The notes: a model not told the origin generated them from the sequence alone. Positions 1 through 11,918 are shown, counted from the first letter of the stretch. The stretch: 64,000 bases of DNA from Nostoc sp. DedSLP01 (GCA_034530875.2 JAVRCJ020000016.1:64001-128000); one strand, 5' to 3'. Translations and numbers: made by a program.

Positions 1-1295
<1,295 letters not shown>

Positions 1296-1323
1296 TTAAG
1301 TGAAATTTTTAATGAACTTTGGG

Positions 1324-1737
1324 CTAATTATTTGTGTTGCGATCGCCCTTTGATTCTTGCTTCTTAATCTTCTCTAAGACAATTTTGTAATCTTGGCGAT
1401 CGGGGTGCAACTTTATTAGCTTTTCTAAAGGTTCCATTGCACCTTTAGCATCCTTCAATTCCAGCCGCAGCAAGGATAGTTTTTCTAAGGCCATTTGGTT
1501 TTCTGGTTCGCGCTGCAAAACCAACTCATAACCCCGCACCTGTTCTTTTAACGCTGACTCAGGAGAAACATACGCACTTGCTGGCGTGGGATTCTGAATA
1601 GCCTGTTGGATTGATGGAATGGCTGAAAACCCTATAGAACCAAAAAACGACACCATCGACACTATCGTTAAAATCCTTTGTCGCCGTTCAATCTGCTTTT
1701 TGCGGGCAATTAAGTATTCTTCATCCTTTCCTACCAT
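1324..1737 (-). CDS. Membrane-anchored TPR-like protein
   Basis: N-terminal hydrophobic helix; VLQREPENQMALEKL and LEKLIKLHPDRQDY are TPR-like helices. Confidence 0.7.
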   Translation of the reverse strand: MVGKDEEYLIARKKQIERRQRILTIVSMVSFFGSIGFSAIPSIQQAIQNPTPASAYVSPESALKEQVRGYELVLQREPENQMALEKLSLLRLELKDAKGAMEPLEKLIKLHPDRQDYKIVLEKIKKQESKGDRNTNN

Positions 1738-1920
1738 GTGTTCATAGTTGCTGTGGTAAATACTTAGGTATTAGCAAACCTCCCGCTATGAGGATACCCA
1801 TCTGCTCAAGAGAAACTAACATTCTGGCTGGAAATTTTTCACACAAAATTCAAAACCTGGCTCAAAATGTCAAGCTAGTTTATGGTAAGCCAATGCTGCA
1901 TAGAGAATTTAATCATGGGT

Positions 1921-1983
1921 TAGCGTACCCCTACGGGGAAGCAAGCTACGCGTAGCGTCTCGTAGAGAAGCGTAGGCATCGCC
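1921..1983. repeat. GC-rich nested small dispersed repeat (SDR-like)
   Basis: Short palindromes CCCCTACGGGG, GCTACGCGTAGC and TCTCGTAGAGA, ending GCATCGCC, in an AT-rich intergenic region. Confidence 0.55.
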
Positions 1984-2769
1984 CCGTCAGCAACAAGACA
2001 AGGGAAAACCCATAGCCAACTCTCTGCCTTAGACTGTGGACACCTACTACCTCATTGCAACCAATCTCAGTATTAGTTTTTTCCTCATAAATAAATTCTC
2101 TTGTTCAAACGCTGTAGAGAAAGGAATTTTTTCTCCTTGTCCTTGGAACTTGTGAGCGCGAAAAGTTCACGCACCAGAACCTTGTCTTCTCCTTCCCTTG
2201 TCTCCTAAAACCCTGTCTTATACCTAAACAGAACAAGCAAAGAGATTTTATTCTCTGTCTACAAGATTAAAAATATATGAAGATTTGCTATAAATTTGTT
2301 TAACCATAGATGTTTGCGATAATGTAAATAACGTTTGAATCAATATGAAGGGTAGACATTTCTACTCAAGTGCAAACTTCACACTCAGCGTAAAACTTTC
2401 AAATTAGACCGTGTTTCATCGTTTCTTCGACAAGCACACTTATTTTTTGTGACTAAAAGAAATAAACTTTTACCAATCCTCGTCACTCAGGTGAGCATTG
2501 CAACTTACCCGTTATCGACCTCACCCCTTAACCCTTGCCCGACTTTTGCAAGAAGTTGGAAGAGTGCTTAGCACAATTAAAGTGTTCTGGTGGTGATTAC
2601 CGTACAAAAATCAATTTCCCAGTAATTGAGTAGAGTTTGTTATGGTATAGTTAGAAAGTTAAGACTAGCTTTACCAAATTAAACCACTCTACGAGCCGGC
2701 AACAATTGCAGAATGGAAAGCAGTTTTAATTAAGCATTTACCAAATAAAATCTGAATTCAATCGAGGTT

Positions 2770-2988
2770 ATGACTCAGCAAGTAATTCACCCAATGGTGA
2801 AATTGCAGCGTAACGTGCAATCACTCATAGAATCGAACATTATCAAGCCAAGCGATAGTATCTGGAAAATCGCTTTGCTCTACGGCAACGACTGGCAGCA
2901 CTGGAAACAAGAACTGCTCGACTTTGGCTTTAGTATGCAAGACCCAATCAGCGAATTGCTAGCTGTAGAAGCTTGGGATGAAGAATAG
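2770..2988 (+). CDS. DUF4327-family small protein
   Basis: 72 aa with GAGG RBS; QSLIESNIIKPSDSIWKI...WKQELLDFGFSMQDPI pattern. Confidence 0.75.
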   Translation: MTQQVIHPMVKLQRNVQSLIESNIIKPSDSIWKIALLYGNDWQHWKQELLDFGFSMQDPISELLAVEAWDEE

Positions 2989-3054
2989 GGATTAGGGCAT
3001 GGGGCATGGGGCATTGGTTATTCTCTATCTCCCCACTCCCGACTCCCTACTCCC
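2987..3054. repeat. STRR heptamer repeats forming an imperfect hairpin between convergent genes
   Basis: (GGGCATG)n followed by (CCCACTC/CCTACTC)n. Confidence 0.7.
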
Positions 3055-4334
3055 TAAACTTGACAAGTAGCTAAGGCCGCAGCTAATTCCTTGGCAGTCT
3101 GATAGCGATCGCGTGGCAATGGTTCGGTAACGCGATCGATAACATCTCTTAATTGGGAACTAATTGTCGGAACTTTTGCCACATCAAACCTGAAGTGTCG
3201 CCCCCGTTGGCGGTAATACTTGAAAGGATTTTCGCCTGTGAGCAGAAAAATTAGCGTTGGCCCAATTGCATACAAATCGGATTGCGTTAAAGGTTGTCCT
3301 CGTTCTTGTTCGGGAGCGCAGTAACCTTCTGCACCAATGCGAGTACCTGGCGCTGTGCCAATTTCTTTAACTGCACCAAAATCCAGCACCACTATGCGAT
3401 TTTGAAAATTCCGCACCATCAAGTTTGCGGGTTTAATATCCCGGTGGATGAGTGGAGGATCTTGGCTATGAAGATAGTCTAAGATATCGCAGGTTTGGGT
3501 CATCCAAGCGATCGCTTGGCTTGGCGTTACCGGGCCAGTAGTAGAAATACGCTTCTCTAAATCTTGTCCGTGGATTAGTTCCATTGCCAAGTATTTTTTT
3601 CCATGTTCCACAAAAAAGTCGTAATACTTGGGAATTCCAGGATGCTTGAGAGATTTGAGAGTATGCGCCTCCCTCTCAAATAATTCTTGAGCCTTGGCAA
3701 TTTTCACCATATCAGCATTCATTTGCTTCAACACCAGCAGTTGTGGCGTACCCGCAATCAAACCAGCCGGATCCCAAGCCAGGTAGGTAGTACCCATCCC
3801 CCCTTGTCCCAGAGTTCGCAACACCTGATAATGGCGAATTGTCTGTTGCACCGAGAGGGGTTGACCGCAGTGGATGCAAAACAGATTATTCGGCGAATTA
3901 CCTTCATGGGTGCAGGTAGACGATAAGATCGGATTATTTCCTGAAGAGACTGTAGGAGTTGCGTTTTGCGCTCCTTCTTGTATCTCTTGCCAAGGCAACC
4001 AAACCTCCGGTTGTTTTACCTGCTGGATTTGGAATTGCAGTATCGGCCCTCCCTGTGCCAGCTGCAAAAGAGAATTATCAGGTAGAGGACTTTGAGTTAC
4101 TAAAACACCATTAAGGAAAGTCCCATTTGTACCCTGACTAATTACTTGCCAAGCATCGCCATTGCTAGGAGAATCGACTTGTCTTAGTTCTAGATGATGC
4201 CGAGAAACCAAACTATCAGTTAAAACAATATCATTGTCTGCTGCTCGACCAATCCGAATTATGGAAGAGTTTTCAAAGCACCACTGATGGAGTGGTATTT
4301 TCTGTTGCGGTTCTAACAGGGTCAGAGTAACCAC
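3054..4334 (-). CDS. FHA-domain / zinc-ribbon Ser/Thr protein kinase
   Basis: FHA motifs IGRAADND, VSRHH and GTNGTF; FCIHCG; kinase motifs LGQGGMG, VLK, HRDIKPAN, DFG, APE. Confidence 0.92.
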   Translation of the reverse strand: MVTLTLLEPQQKIPLHQWCFENSSIIRIGRAADNDIVLTDSLVSRHHLELRQVDSPSNGDAWQVISQGTNGTFLNGVLVTQSPLPDNSLLQLAQGGPILQFQIQQVKQPEVWLPWQEIQEGAQNATPTVSSGNNPILSSTCTHEGNSPNNLFCIHCGQPLSVQQTIRHYQVLRTLGQGGMGTTYLAWDPAGLIAGTPQLLVLKQMNADMVKIAKAQELFEREAHTLKSLKHPGIPKYYDFFVEHGKKYLAMELIHGQDLEKRISTTGPVTPSQAIAWMTQTCDILDYLHSQDPPLIHRDIKPANLMVRNFQNRIVVLDFGAVKEIGTAPGTRIGAEGYCAPEQERGQPLTQSDLYAIGPTLIFLLTGENPFKYYRQRGRHFRFDVAKVPTISSQLRDVIDRVTEPLPRDRYQTAKELAAALATCQV

Positions 4335-4352
4335 AATACAACCTATGAGTTA

Positions 4353-4476
4353 AGGGATTAGGGAGTAGGGAGTAGGGAGTAGGGAGTAGGGAGTAGGGGG
4401 AGATGAGGGAGAAATAATTCTTAACCCCACACTCGCCACATTCTCTAATCCCCACTCCCTACTCCCCATTCCCTAT
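4353..4476. repeat. STRR (AGGGAGT)n array with an inverted partner (CCCCACT/CCCTACT)n
   Basis: Direct reading of tandem heptamers. Confidence 0.8.
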
Positions 4477-6456
4477 TCATATTTGACTTTCGAGATCTGG
4501 GCGTACTTTTGCCCGAATCAGTATAGCAGTAATGTTGTCGTGACCATTGTATTGGTTCGCTAAATCAATTAAGTCGGTAACGCCGCGTTCTAAGTTAGCG
4601 CCAGAACTCAGTAATGGTTCCAAGTGAGTCTGCCAATGGGTTTCTAGTAAATCGTTATCTGATAAACCGTCCGATGCCAATACTAGAAGAGTATCTTCAT
4701 TAATCTCGAAAAAGCCCACATCGGGATTAATCGAGTTTTCATCGCGAGGCCCTAAAGCTTGGGTGAGTTGGTAGGCATCCGGGCGGGCGTAAGCTATACT
4801 CGCCTCTACTCCCCTTGTAATTTCTCGTTGCCCGACTTCGTGATCTACTGTGACTTGCTGGAGTCCCTGCTTGCGCGTTACGCGATAGAGACGACTATCT
4901 CCCACATGAGCAACTGCTGCTTGAGTATCTTGAATTAAAAGCATTACCAGAGTTGTACCCATACGCCCAACTCCAGAACGAGCATCTTGTTGATTGAGGT
5001 TATAAATCGCCTCATTAGCTAAATAAACTGCCTCACGAATGCTTTCTTCTGTTGGCAGTTGATTAGGAATCCAATGTTCTTGGAAATATTGCCTTAAAGT
5101 TTTGACTGCTAACTCACTGGCTACCTCGCCGCCAGCGTGTCCGCCCATACCATCGCAGAGGATATACAAACCATGCCCTTGCAAAATTCTAGCTTTGGGC
5201 AACTCCACTTTATCAATTTTGGTTTCAATACCAAAGTAATCTTCGTTGTGATGGCGTTGACGCCCTACATCTGTGCGTCCTGCATCTTCCAAACTACTTA
5301 ATTGCATTGCCAACACAACAGTTGGCATATCATCACTTCTATTAACGATCTCTTCTGGTTTATCTGATTGCTCTTTAGTGGGCACAACAGTCTGTTTCTC
5401 CTGTATTGGGGGCATTCCGGTTCCTAGTGCTTCCAGTTCTACGGAGATTTCCTGCAAACGCGATCGCAACTGTGCCATCGTTTCAATTTTACCTGCCTCT
5501 AAATCCCCTAACATCTGCACCACAGAGCCAAATTGAGTGCGTTGAGTCTGTCTAAATAGCGTTTGCCAAACCCTGCCTAAAGCTTGGATAGTTAGCGGTT
5601 CCTCTGGAATCACAGATATTGGCGCTTGGGCATCTTCTGGGGAGCTAGCAGCCTCCTGAGTATTCTGTGATTCCACATACAATCTTTGAAGTGCCAGTGT
5701 TTGGTCTTCATCCAATCGCAAATTCGATAATTCCAACAGACTCTGACAACAATTTACTGGTTCCAATACAGCCCAAAGCTGGGCCATTTCATTACACCAG
5801 TGTAAAAGTTTTAACGAACTTGTTGTCTCTTCTTGCCACAAATCAACTAAAAGCTGCCAATCAGAACGGTCTTCGATTACTACTATTTGTATATTATCTT
5901 GCTGCCATGCATCGTGAATCCTCGGTATTGCTGGGTGGGCTTGCTCTTGTAAGGCAATATAAAGTTGAGCAAGGCTAGGAATTGTACTTTCGGCTACCGA
6001 TGGCGTTACCAAATCTGATTGCTGATTTTCTAATATTGCTTCAATAGGCGATATTTGATAAGGCTGGCAATCTAAAACTCTCGCCTCTACCTCAGTAATA
6101 TTTTCTAGACTAGGTAAGGTGTCTAACAATTGATAGCGTTGCTGAGGATCTAAATAAGAGCCTGATGTTACTTGAGGACTAGGAGTTGAGGGAGGCACTG
6201 GCAAAGAATTCTCCGTGTTACCGCTTTCTTGTATCTCCGTGTCTTCTTTTTCTGCTCCCTCATTACTCGCTTGTTGAGCAATAATTGCCCAAAACACTGT
6301 TCCACATTCCGTGCCACAGTTGTGACAACGCAGCGCATTCACAGGAACATCAGTACTGCATTCAGGACAGACTTTGTGAGTCAGGGACGTGCCACATTTT
6401 TGACAAAATTTATTGGTATTAGGGTTTTCAAATTTACACTGAGGGCAAATCAGCAT
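4477..6456 (-). CDS. Double zinc-ribbon PP2C-family Ser/Thr phosphatase
   Basis: Four N-terminal CxxC pairs; TDVGRQRHHNED, CDGMGGH, HVGDSR, ASDGLSD, GHDNIT. Confidence 0.92.
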   Translation of the reverse strand: MLICPQCKFENPNTNKFCQKCGTSLTHKVCPECSTDVPVNALRCHNCGTECGTVFWAIIAQQASNEGAEKEDTEIQESGNTENSLPVPPSTPSPQVTSGSYLDPQQRYQLLDTLPSLENITEVEARVLDCQPYQISPIEAILENQQSDLVTPSVAESTIPSLAQLYIALQEQAHPAIPRIHDAWQQDNIQIVVIEDRSDWQLLVDLWQEETTSSLKLLHWCNEMAQLWAVLEPVNCCQSLLELSNLRLDEDQTLALQRLYVESQNTQEAASSPEDAQAPISVIPEEPLTIQALGRVWQTLFRQTQRTQFGSVVQMLGDLEAGKIETMAQLRSRLQEISVELEALGTGMPPIQEKQTVVPTKEQSDKPEEIVNRSDDMPTVVLAMQLSSLEDAGRTDVGRQRHHNEDYFGIETKIDKVELPKARILQGHGLYILCDGMGGHAGGEVASELAVKTLRQYFQEHWIPNQLPTEESIREAVYLANEAIYNLNQQDARSGVGRMGTTLVMLLIQDTQAAVAHVGDSRLYRVTRKQGLQQVTVDHEVGQREITRGVEASIAYARPDAYQLTQALGPRDENSINPDVGFFEINEDTLLVLASDGLSDNDLLETHWQTHLEPLLSSGANLERGVTDLIDLANQYNGHDNITAILIRAKVRPDLESQI

Positions 6457-6615
6457 AGTGGAAGTTCCTTAATTCCCGTTCCAAGGTGGTTCTAGCCACT
6501 AAGATCCAAGGTGCCATAATTGGCTGCCCCTGACTACAGTAGACTTACAATAGATTGTAGTTTTAACAGTGAATTTTGGTGGCAGTATTAATTCTGACGC
6601 ATAAAATATTTTAGT

Positions 6616-6724
6616 GGGAATAGGGGAGATGGGGAGGTGTGGGGAGTGTGGGGAGAGAGGGGGGAAAGATTTCTTCCCCATCCCCCCACACCTCCCACAC
6701 CTCTTGCCCAATGCCCAATGCCCT
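6616..6724. repeat. STRR/low-complexity inverted repeat region
   Basis: GGGGAGGTGTGGGGAGTGT...CCCCACACCTCCCACAC and (CCCAATG)n. Confidence 0.7.
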
Positions 6725-7511
6725 ATCTCCAAGATTCCGGCAATTGCGGAGGTTCGGCGTTAAACCATTTTTGATAAATTTGCTTATAAGTGCCGTTGGA
6801 TAACAAAGTGCTTATAGCTTTGTTAATTGTCTTCAGATGGGGCGAATCTTTAGGTGTGGCAATGGCGTAGTATTCTTCGGTGAGTAAGTCGGCAACAACT
6901 TTGATACCTTTGAGTTTGCCATTTTTAATCGCATACAAAGTGGCGAAAGCATCGCTAACTACAGCGTCAACATTGCCGTTGAGTAAGTCTTGGAAAAATT
7001 CGGGGCCAGAATTAAAAGTACTAATTTTGGCGTTGGGGATGGTTTTAGCAAAATCTGCACCAGTGGAACCTATTTGTACAGCAATTTTTTTACCTTGGAG
7101 ACTTTTGAAGTCTTTAATATTTTCGTTGTCTTGGCGTACAGCGATCGCTAGTCCCGCTTTAAAATAAGGTCGTGAAAAAGCAATTGTTTTCAACCGTTCC
7201 GGGGTAATTGTAATCCCACTAATTGCAGCATCAACTCTTTTAGCTTGTAAAGCTGATATCATGCCATCAAAGGGCAGATTTTGAAACTCAACTCTAAAGC
7301 CTGCAACTTGAGCGATCGCATTCATTAAATCAATATCAAAGCCTTCTAACTTCCCGCTGGCTGGTTGGATTTCAAAAGGGATAAAGGTCGGGTCTGTAGC
7401 AACCTTAAGAAGTTTACCATCTTGGTTAGTGGAACTATTACAACCAATAATCAGTAGCAGACAGCCTAAGCTCAAAATTAGGTGTTGCCACTTGCAGTTA
7501 ATCAATTTCAC
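6723..7511 (-). CDS. Polar/basic amino-acid ABC transporter substrate-binding lipoprotein (GlnH-like)
   Basis: Lipobox IIGC; ATDPTFIPFE, GFDIDL, ISGITITPER, FSRPY. Confidence 0.88.
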   Translation of the reverse strand: MKLINCKWQHLILSLGCLLLIIGCNSSTNQDGKLLKVATDPTFIPFEIQPASGKLEGFDIDLMNAIAQVAGFRVEFQNLPFDGMISALQAKRVDAAISGITITPERLKTIAFSRPYFKAGLAIAVRQDNENIKDFKSLQGKKIAVQIGSTGADFAKTIPNAKISTFNSGPEFFQDLLNGNVDAVVSDAFATLYAIKNGKLKGIKVVADLLTEEYYAIATPKDSPHLKTINKAISTLLSNGTYKQIYQKWFNAEPPQLPESWR

Positions 7512-7769
7512 TGTAGTAATTCTGTTCTATCAGTCAATCTTCGTGATGCTTGTCATGATGTTATAAGAAAGAATACATCCATCAAGAAATAAAATCTACA
7601 CTGCATTTTCGCTGATTCGGGAATTCTGATACTAAGTTGCGTTTAGAAATAGTATTCCTATTCCCCACTCCCTACTCCCAGCCCAAGTTACTATCTTTGA
7701 TTGCAACTTGGCATAACTCCTGTATTATTCTTGATTTTGAATTGCTTATAGCTTTCATCATTAATAGTT

Positions 7770-8182
7770 ATGAAATTGCTGATTTGGGGGCTGCAAGTGC
7801 TGCTGTGCCGGGACAAGAGGCTGCGATCGCTCTTAATTATGGACTGCCTTCAGATCAACTGTACGAGCAAATTATCCTTTGCTTCCAAGCCCAAGGAAAC
7901 TCAGCAGCGATCGCGATCGCTGCTGAGTTTCCCAGCGATGTAGTCGCTTTGCGACCAGATGGCGGCTTTTTCGTTTGGTGTAAATTGCCGCAAAATATTA
8001 GCGCCAAAACACTTTTAAATACTTGTGCAACACACGGCGTCACCTTTCTACCAGGAACTCGCTGCTACGCCAACGGTCAAGGCGATGATGCTATTAGGTT
8101 AGCTTTTAGCTTTCAACCAAATGACAAGATTGTAGAGGGAATCGCTACTCTTGGGGCAGTCTTGCGCCAATGGCAGCGATGA
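7770..8182 (+). pseudogene. Internally deleted class I/II PLP aminotransferase remnant
   Basis: N-terminal-like IALNYGLP lies close to the C-terminal PDGGFFVWCKLP...GVTFLPG...IRLAFS; the central PLP-lysine region is absent. Confidence 0.7.
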
Positions 8183-8217
8183 CCAGTAGAGGACAAGGGG
8201 AGGGGGAGACAAGGAGA

Positions 8218-8253
8218 GAAGTTGGGGCGGAGGTTTCCTCCGATCCAAACTTC
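8218..8253. repeat. SDR-like hairpin within GGACAAGG repeats
   Basis: GAAGTTGG-GGCGGAGG-TTT-CCTCCGAT-CCAAACTTC. Confidence 0.55.
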
Positions 8254-8340
8254 GGAGGACAAGGGGAGAAAAAATCCTTGCCTGTTTGTCCTCTTCGATG
8301 CCCATATAATACCATGTCCGGTTGAACACTTAACTAATTA

Positions 8341-9359
8341 GGGCTTGCTGAATAAGGGTGAAAGATAGAATAATCAAGAGTTTCAGGGTCAGTAAAGAAG
8401 AATAAGGTGGAAAGAAAAAGGGTAAGATAAGTAAAAATCCTTGTAGCAAGTTGCGTTGAAATGTATCGAAAAGCGCAAAAGCAAGAAACAGCACCAGAAA
8501 ACTTTGAACTACCCTTTGGAGGAAAACTAGCCTCAGATAACCGATGGGTAATCATGGCGAACATGATACCTTGGTCAGAATTTGAAGCAGAGTACGCAGA
8601 AATATTTTCAGCAAGTATGGGGGCGCCAGCGTCAGAAGTTTATCGTCAACAACTGTGGTTATATGAAAATAAAAAACGGAGTATAGAAGACCGGATTGTC
8701 AGTTTAAGTCAACCACATATTCGTCCGATAGTCCGTGGTAAAGCTAGAACAGAGGTAGAATTTGGGGCAAAGTTTTCCGCTAGTTGCTTTGATGGCTATA
8801 TTTTTTTAGACCACATAAGTTGGGATAATTTTAACGAATCAGTGGATCTAAAATCACAGGTTGAAGCCTACAAAAATTACACAGGACATTATCCTGAGTC
8901 TGTTCATGTTGATAAAATTTATCGCAATAGAGAAAATCGAGCTTGGTGTAAAGAAAGAGGAATTAGAATCAGTGGTACACCACTGGGTAGACCACCTAAA
9001 AATGTTAGTCCTCAAAAAAAGAAACAAGCACGAGAAGATGAACGGATTCGTAATTCTATTGAGGGTAAATTCGGACAAGGAAAACGAAGATTTAGCCTTA
9101 GCAGAGTCATGGCTAAACTGCCTCATACTTCTTTAACTTCTATTGCCCTAACTTTTTTGGTCATGAATCTTTCTACCCTACTCTTACGGCTTTTCTGTGG
9201 CTGTTTGTGTCAATTTTTCAGAATTCCGTCTTTTTTCCCTTCTTTGATTAATGAAAGTGATGTTTTGGTGAATTTTAGACAACCAAAACTTATCTTTATT
9301 TCTGCCTGACTGCTTACTCAATTCTTCTGTTGTTTTTTCACGACTTTTTCAGCAAACCC
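8341..9359 (+). mobile_element. IS5-family insertion sequence, internally deleted derivative
   Basis: TIRs GGGCTTGCTGAATAAG / CTTTTTCAGCAAACCC; TAATTA on both flanks (8335-8340 and 9360-9365). Confidence 0.88.
8461..9309 (+). pseudogene. IS5-family transposase with an in-frame internal deletion
   Basis: N-terminal FELPFGGKL...IPWSEFE...MGAPA joined directly to SEVYRQQ...RIVS...RPIVRGK...VEFGAK...HVDKIY...RNSIEGKFGQGKRR; the region expected to carry the first catalytic Asp appears to be missing. Confidence 0.75.
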
Positions 9360-9443
9360 TAATTAACCTGAGGCTCTGAGACGGAGGTTTTTAAATATAA
9401 GTAATTAAGCGAACTTGATTTATTCTGAATTTTGTATTCTGAT

Positions 9444-10067
9444 TCAAAAAATTTGTTCTAAACGCTCGAAATCTCGCTGTACTTCATTCCAGAGGGTTTT
9501 ATTATGAGGGTCTGTTTTCAGGGCTTTTTTGAGATAAATTCTGGCTTTGAGGAGCTGGTTTTCGGAAATTAGTGCTCGTCCCCAGATTTGATAGGCAACT
9601 GCTAGCCATTGGCGGACTTCTGCATCACCTGATAACCGATCTGATAAAGCTTCGGCTAGAGCGATCGCTTGGGGAAATCGTCTTTCTTGCAAAAACCGCT
9701 GCAATTGCTCGTAAGTTTTCCACTTGAGCCGCTGTTCTATTTCCACCAAATTGGGCGGCTTTGGTGTCCCTGGTTGCTGGGTTTTCGCCTTTGTGGCTGG
9801 CGTTTTTTCCCGATGCGTTGCCTTGGGGCGATCGCGTCCCGACGTTGACACCGAATTTGAATGTGCAGCTGTTTCCTCTGGCAGTACTACCGTCAGCAGG
9901 AGTTTGTAAGCCTCTGTCAAGGCAATAAACTTATCTTTGGCTTTGTTGTCATCTGGGTTGATATCGGGATGATATTGCTGCGCCAGTCGTCTGTAAGACG
10001 CTTTGATATCAGCAAACGAGGCTCCCGACCTTAAACCCAATAAACGGTAGCAATCTCCAAGATCCAT
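9444..10067 (-). CDS. DnaJ (J-domain) protein with C-terminal TPR
   Basis: YRRLAQQYHPD; C-terminal ARIYLKKALKTDP. Confidence 0.88.
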   Translation of the reverse strand: MDLGDCYRLLGLRSGASFADIKASYRRLAQQYHPDINPDDNKAKDKFIALTEAYKLLLTVVLPEETAAHSNSVSTSGRDRPKATHREKTPATKAKTQQPGTPKPPNLVEIEQRLKWKTYEQLQRFLQERRFPQAIALAEALSDRLSGDAEVRQWLAVAYQIWGRALISENQLLKARIYLKKALKTDPHNKTLWNEVQRDFERLEQIF

Positions 10068-10188
10068 CTTGAGCTATGAGCTATCGAATATTTATCTAGG
10101 GGCTATCAGCTACGAGCTCATAGCCTGAGATATCAATCATAAAGGTAAATTTAATATTTTAAAGTTCAATTTTGACAGTTTTTTCAAC

Positions 10189-10325
10189 TGGGGAATTGGG
10201 GAGTGGGGATTGGGGATTGGGGAGTTAGGAGTTAGGAGTTAGGAGTTAAGAGTTATTCTCCTTATCTCCCTCATCCCCCCATCTCCCCCTACTCCCTATC
10301 TCCCCATCTCCCCATCTCCCCATTC
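10189..10325. repeat. STRR heptamer arrays in inverted arrangement
   Basis: (GGGGATT)n and (GAGTTAG)n, then (CTCCCCAT)n. Confidence 0.75.
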
Positions 10326-10919
10326 CTACGGTCTTTCTTCAATCACACGGTCAATTAAACCGTATTCTTTAGCTTCTTGGGCAGACATGAAAAAGTCACG
10401 ATCCATGTCTTTTTCAATTTTGGCTAAAGTTTGATCGGTGTTGTCAGCATAAATTTGGTTTAGCTGATTGCGAATCCGGAGAATTTCTCTAGCTTCAATT
10501 TCGATGTCGCTTGCTTGTCCGCGGGTGCCGCCAGAAGGTTGGTGAATCATAATCCGTGAGTGAGGCAATGCCAAGCGTTTGCCTTTGGCTCCACCTGCTA
10601 GTAGAAATGAACCCATAGAGGCTGCTAGACCCGTGCATATTGTAACCACATCTGATTTGATGTGCTGCATGGTGTCATAAATTGCCAGCCCGGAGGTGAC
10701 CATACCACCAGGGGAATTGATGTATATGTAAATATCTTTTCCTGGATCTTCAGAATCCAGATATAGCAAGAAGGCTATAATCTCGTTAGCGATTTTATCG
10801 TCAATTTCTTCACCCAGGAAAATAATTCGTTCTAGGGAAAGACGAGTATAAATGTGAACCCATTCCTCCATCTGTCCCCCTGGCAAGCGATAGGGAACAC
10901 TGGGGTAACCAATAGGCAT
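10326..10919 (-). CDS. clpP: ATP-dependent Clp protease proteolytic subunit (ClpP3-type)
   Basis: YINSPGG; catalytic Ser in AASMG; IHQP; DRD; YGLID; lies downstream of clpR. Confidence 0.95.
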   Translation of the reverse strand: MPIGYPSVPYRLPGGQMEEWVHIYTRLSLERIIFLGEEIDDKIANEIIAFLLYLDSEDPGKDIYIYINSPGGMVTSGLAIYDTMQHIKSDVVTICTGLAASMGSFLLAGGAKGKRLALPHSRIMIHQPSGGTRGQASDIEIEAREILRIRNQLNQIYADNTDQTLAKIEKDMDRDFFMSAQEAKEYGLIDRVIEERP

Positions 10920-11022
10920 AATTAGCTCCGTAATTACAATGATTTATAGCAAGGATGAAGCCTGGGCGCTCCTATGGGGTGGAGTGAGTTGATATCCCAA
11001 GAAATCAAACTCACTTCAGCTT

Positions 11023-11685
11023 TTAAAGGACGCTGGCAGGTAGTGGGGGATTAGCCAGTTCTTCTTTCTCAAAAACTCGGTCAATCAAACCGTATTCCTT
11101 AGCTTGATAGGGAGTCATGTACAGCAGACGATCCATATCTTTGCTAATTTTTTCTGGCGGTTGTTCTGTGCTGCGAGACAAAATGTCAATCAACGATGCT
11201 TTGTTGGCTAGAACTTCCTTGGCCCGAATTTGAATATCGGTTGCTTGACCTTGGGCGAAACTCTTGGGTTGGTGCAGAATGATGGAAGCATGAGGTAAGC
11301 TAGCACGACAACCTTTTGTACCAGCACTGAGCAGCATCGCTGCCATACCCATCGCCGAACCGATACAGATGGTGTGGATCGGAGGCTTGATATATTTCAT
11401 TGTGTCATAGATGGCGAAGGCTTCAGTTTCAAAGCCTATGGGTTCGCCACTGTAACCAGAAGTGCCTGTAGAGTTGATATAAATTTTAATTGGTTTTTCT
11501 GGGTCATCGGACTGCAAATACAGGAGTTCGGCGATGATCAGTTTTGTGATTTGTGGAACTAAAGGAGTTCCTAAGTAGACAATTCGCTCCTTTAATAGTA
11601 GAGACGGTAAATCTGGCGGCGGTTTCCGGTAAAATCGATCGCCGTAATAAGGGGATTGAACAGCCTTGATGGCGGAAATGTCCAT
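11023..11685 (-). CDS. clpR: Non-catalytic Clp subunit ClpR
   Basis: PPPDLPSLLLKERIVYLG; Gly replaces the catalytic Ser (AMGMAA); cyanobacterial clpR-clpP3 order. Confidence 0.88.
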   Translation of the reverse strand: MDISAIKAVQSPYYGDRFYRKPPPDLPSLLLKERIVYLGTPLVPQITKLIIAELLYLQSDDPEKPIKIYINSTGTSGYSGEPIGFETEAFAIYDTMKYIKPPIHTICIGSAMGMAAMLLSAGTKGCRASLPHASIILHQPKSFAQGQATDIQIRAKEVLANKASLIDILSRSTEQPPEKISKDMDRLLYMTPYQAKEYGLIDRVFEKEELANPPLPASVL

Positions 11686-11918
11686 AGCAACTGATCGCCT
11701 GCAATTATGCCGTTAACTGTAATACATCCTAGCGTGATGCTAACTCGGTTAAAGGTGTGGATTTCTCCCTAAAGCTTAAGGGGGGGCTAGCATCTGCCAA
11801 TATTTGGCTTCTAAGATATTCTGATTATATTAATGTATTGGATAGCTTTTCCGTAGCGCTAAAGTAGTGCTTTGAAGTTATTTACAAATATCTATATCTT
11901 AAATAGGAATTTTCGGTT

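Noticed and set aside
2352..2365. NtcA site GTA-N8-TAC
   Set aside because: The match is present, but there is no well-spaced TAN3T -10 box and such matches arise by chance every few kb
6499..6732. 77-aa ORF, and similar ORFs at 4273-4455, 8099-8329, 51345-51614 and 54219-54437
   Set aside because: These are translations of STRR, MITE or tandem repeats (e.g. GHWALG, LLPTPYS, LSLRRSK)
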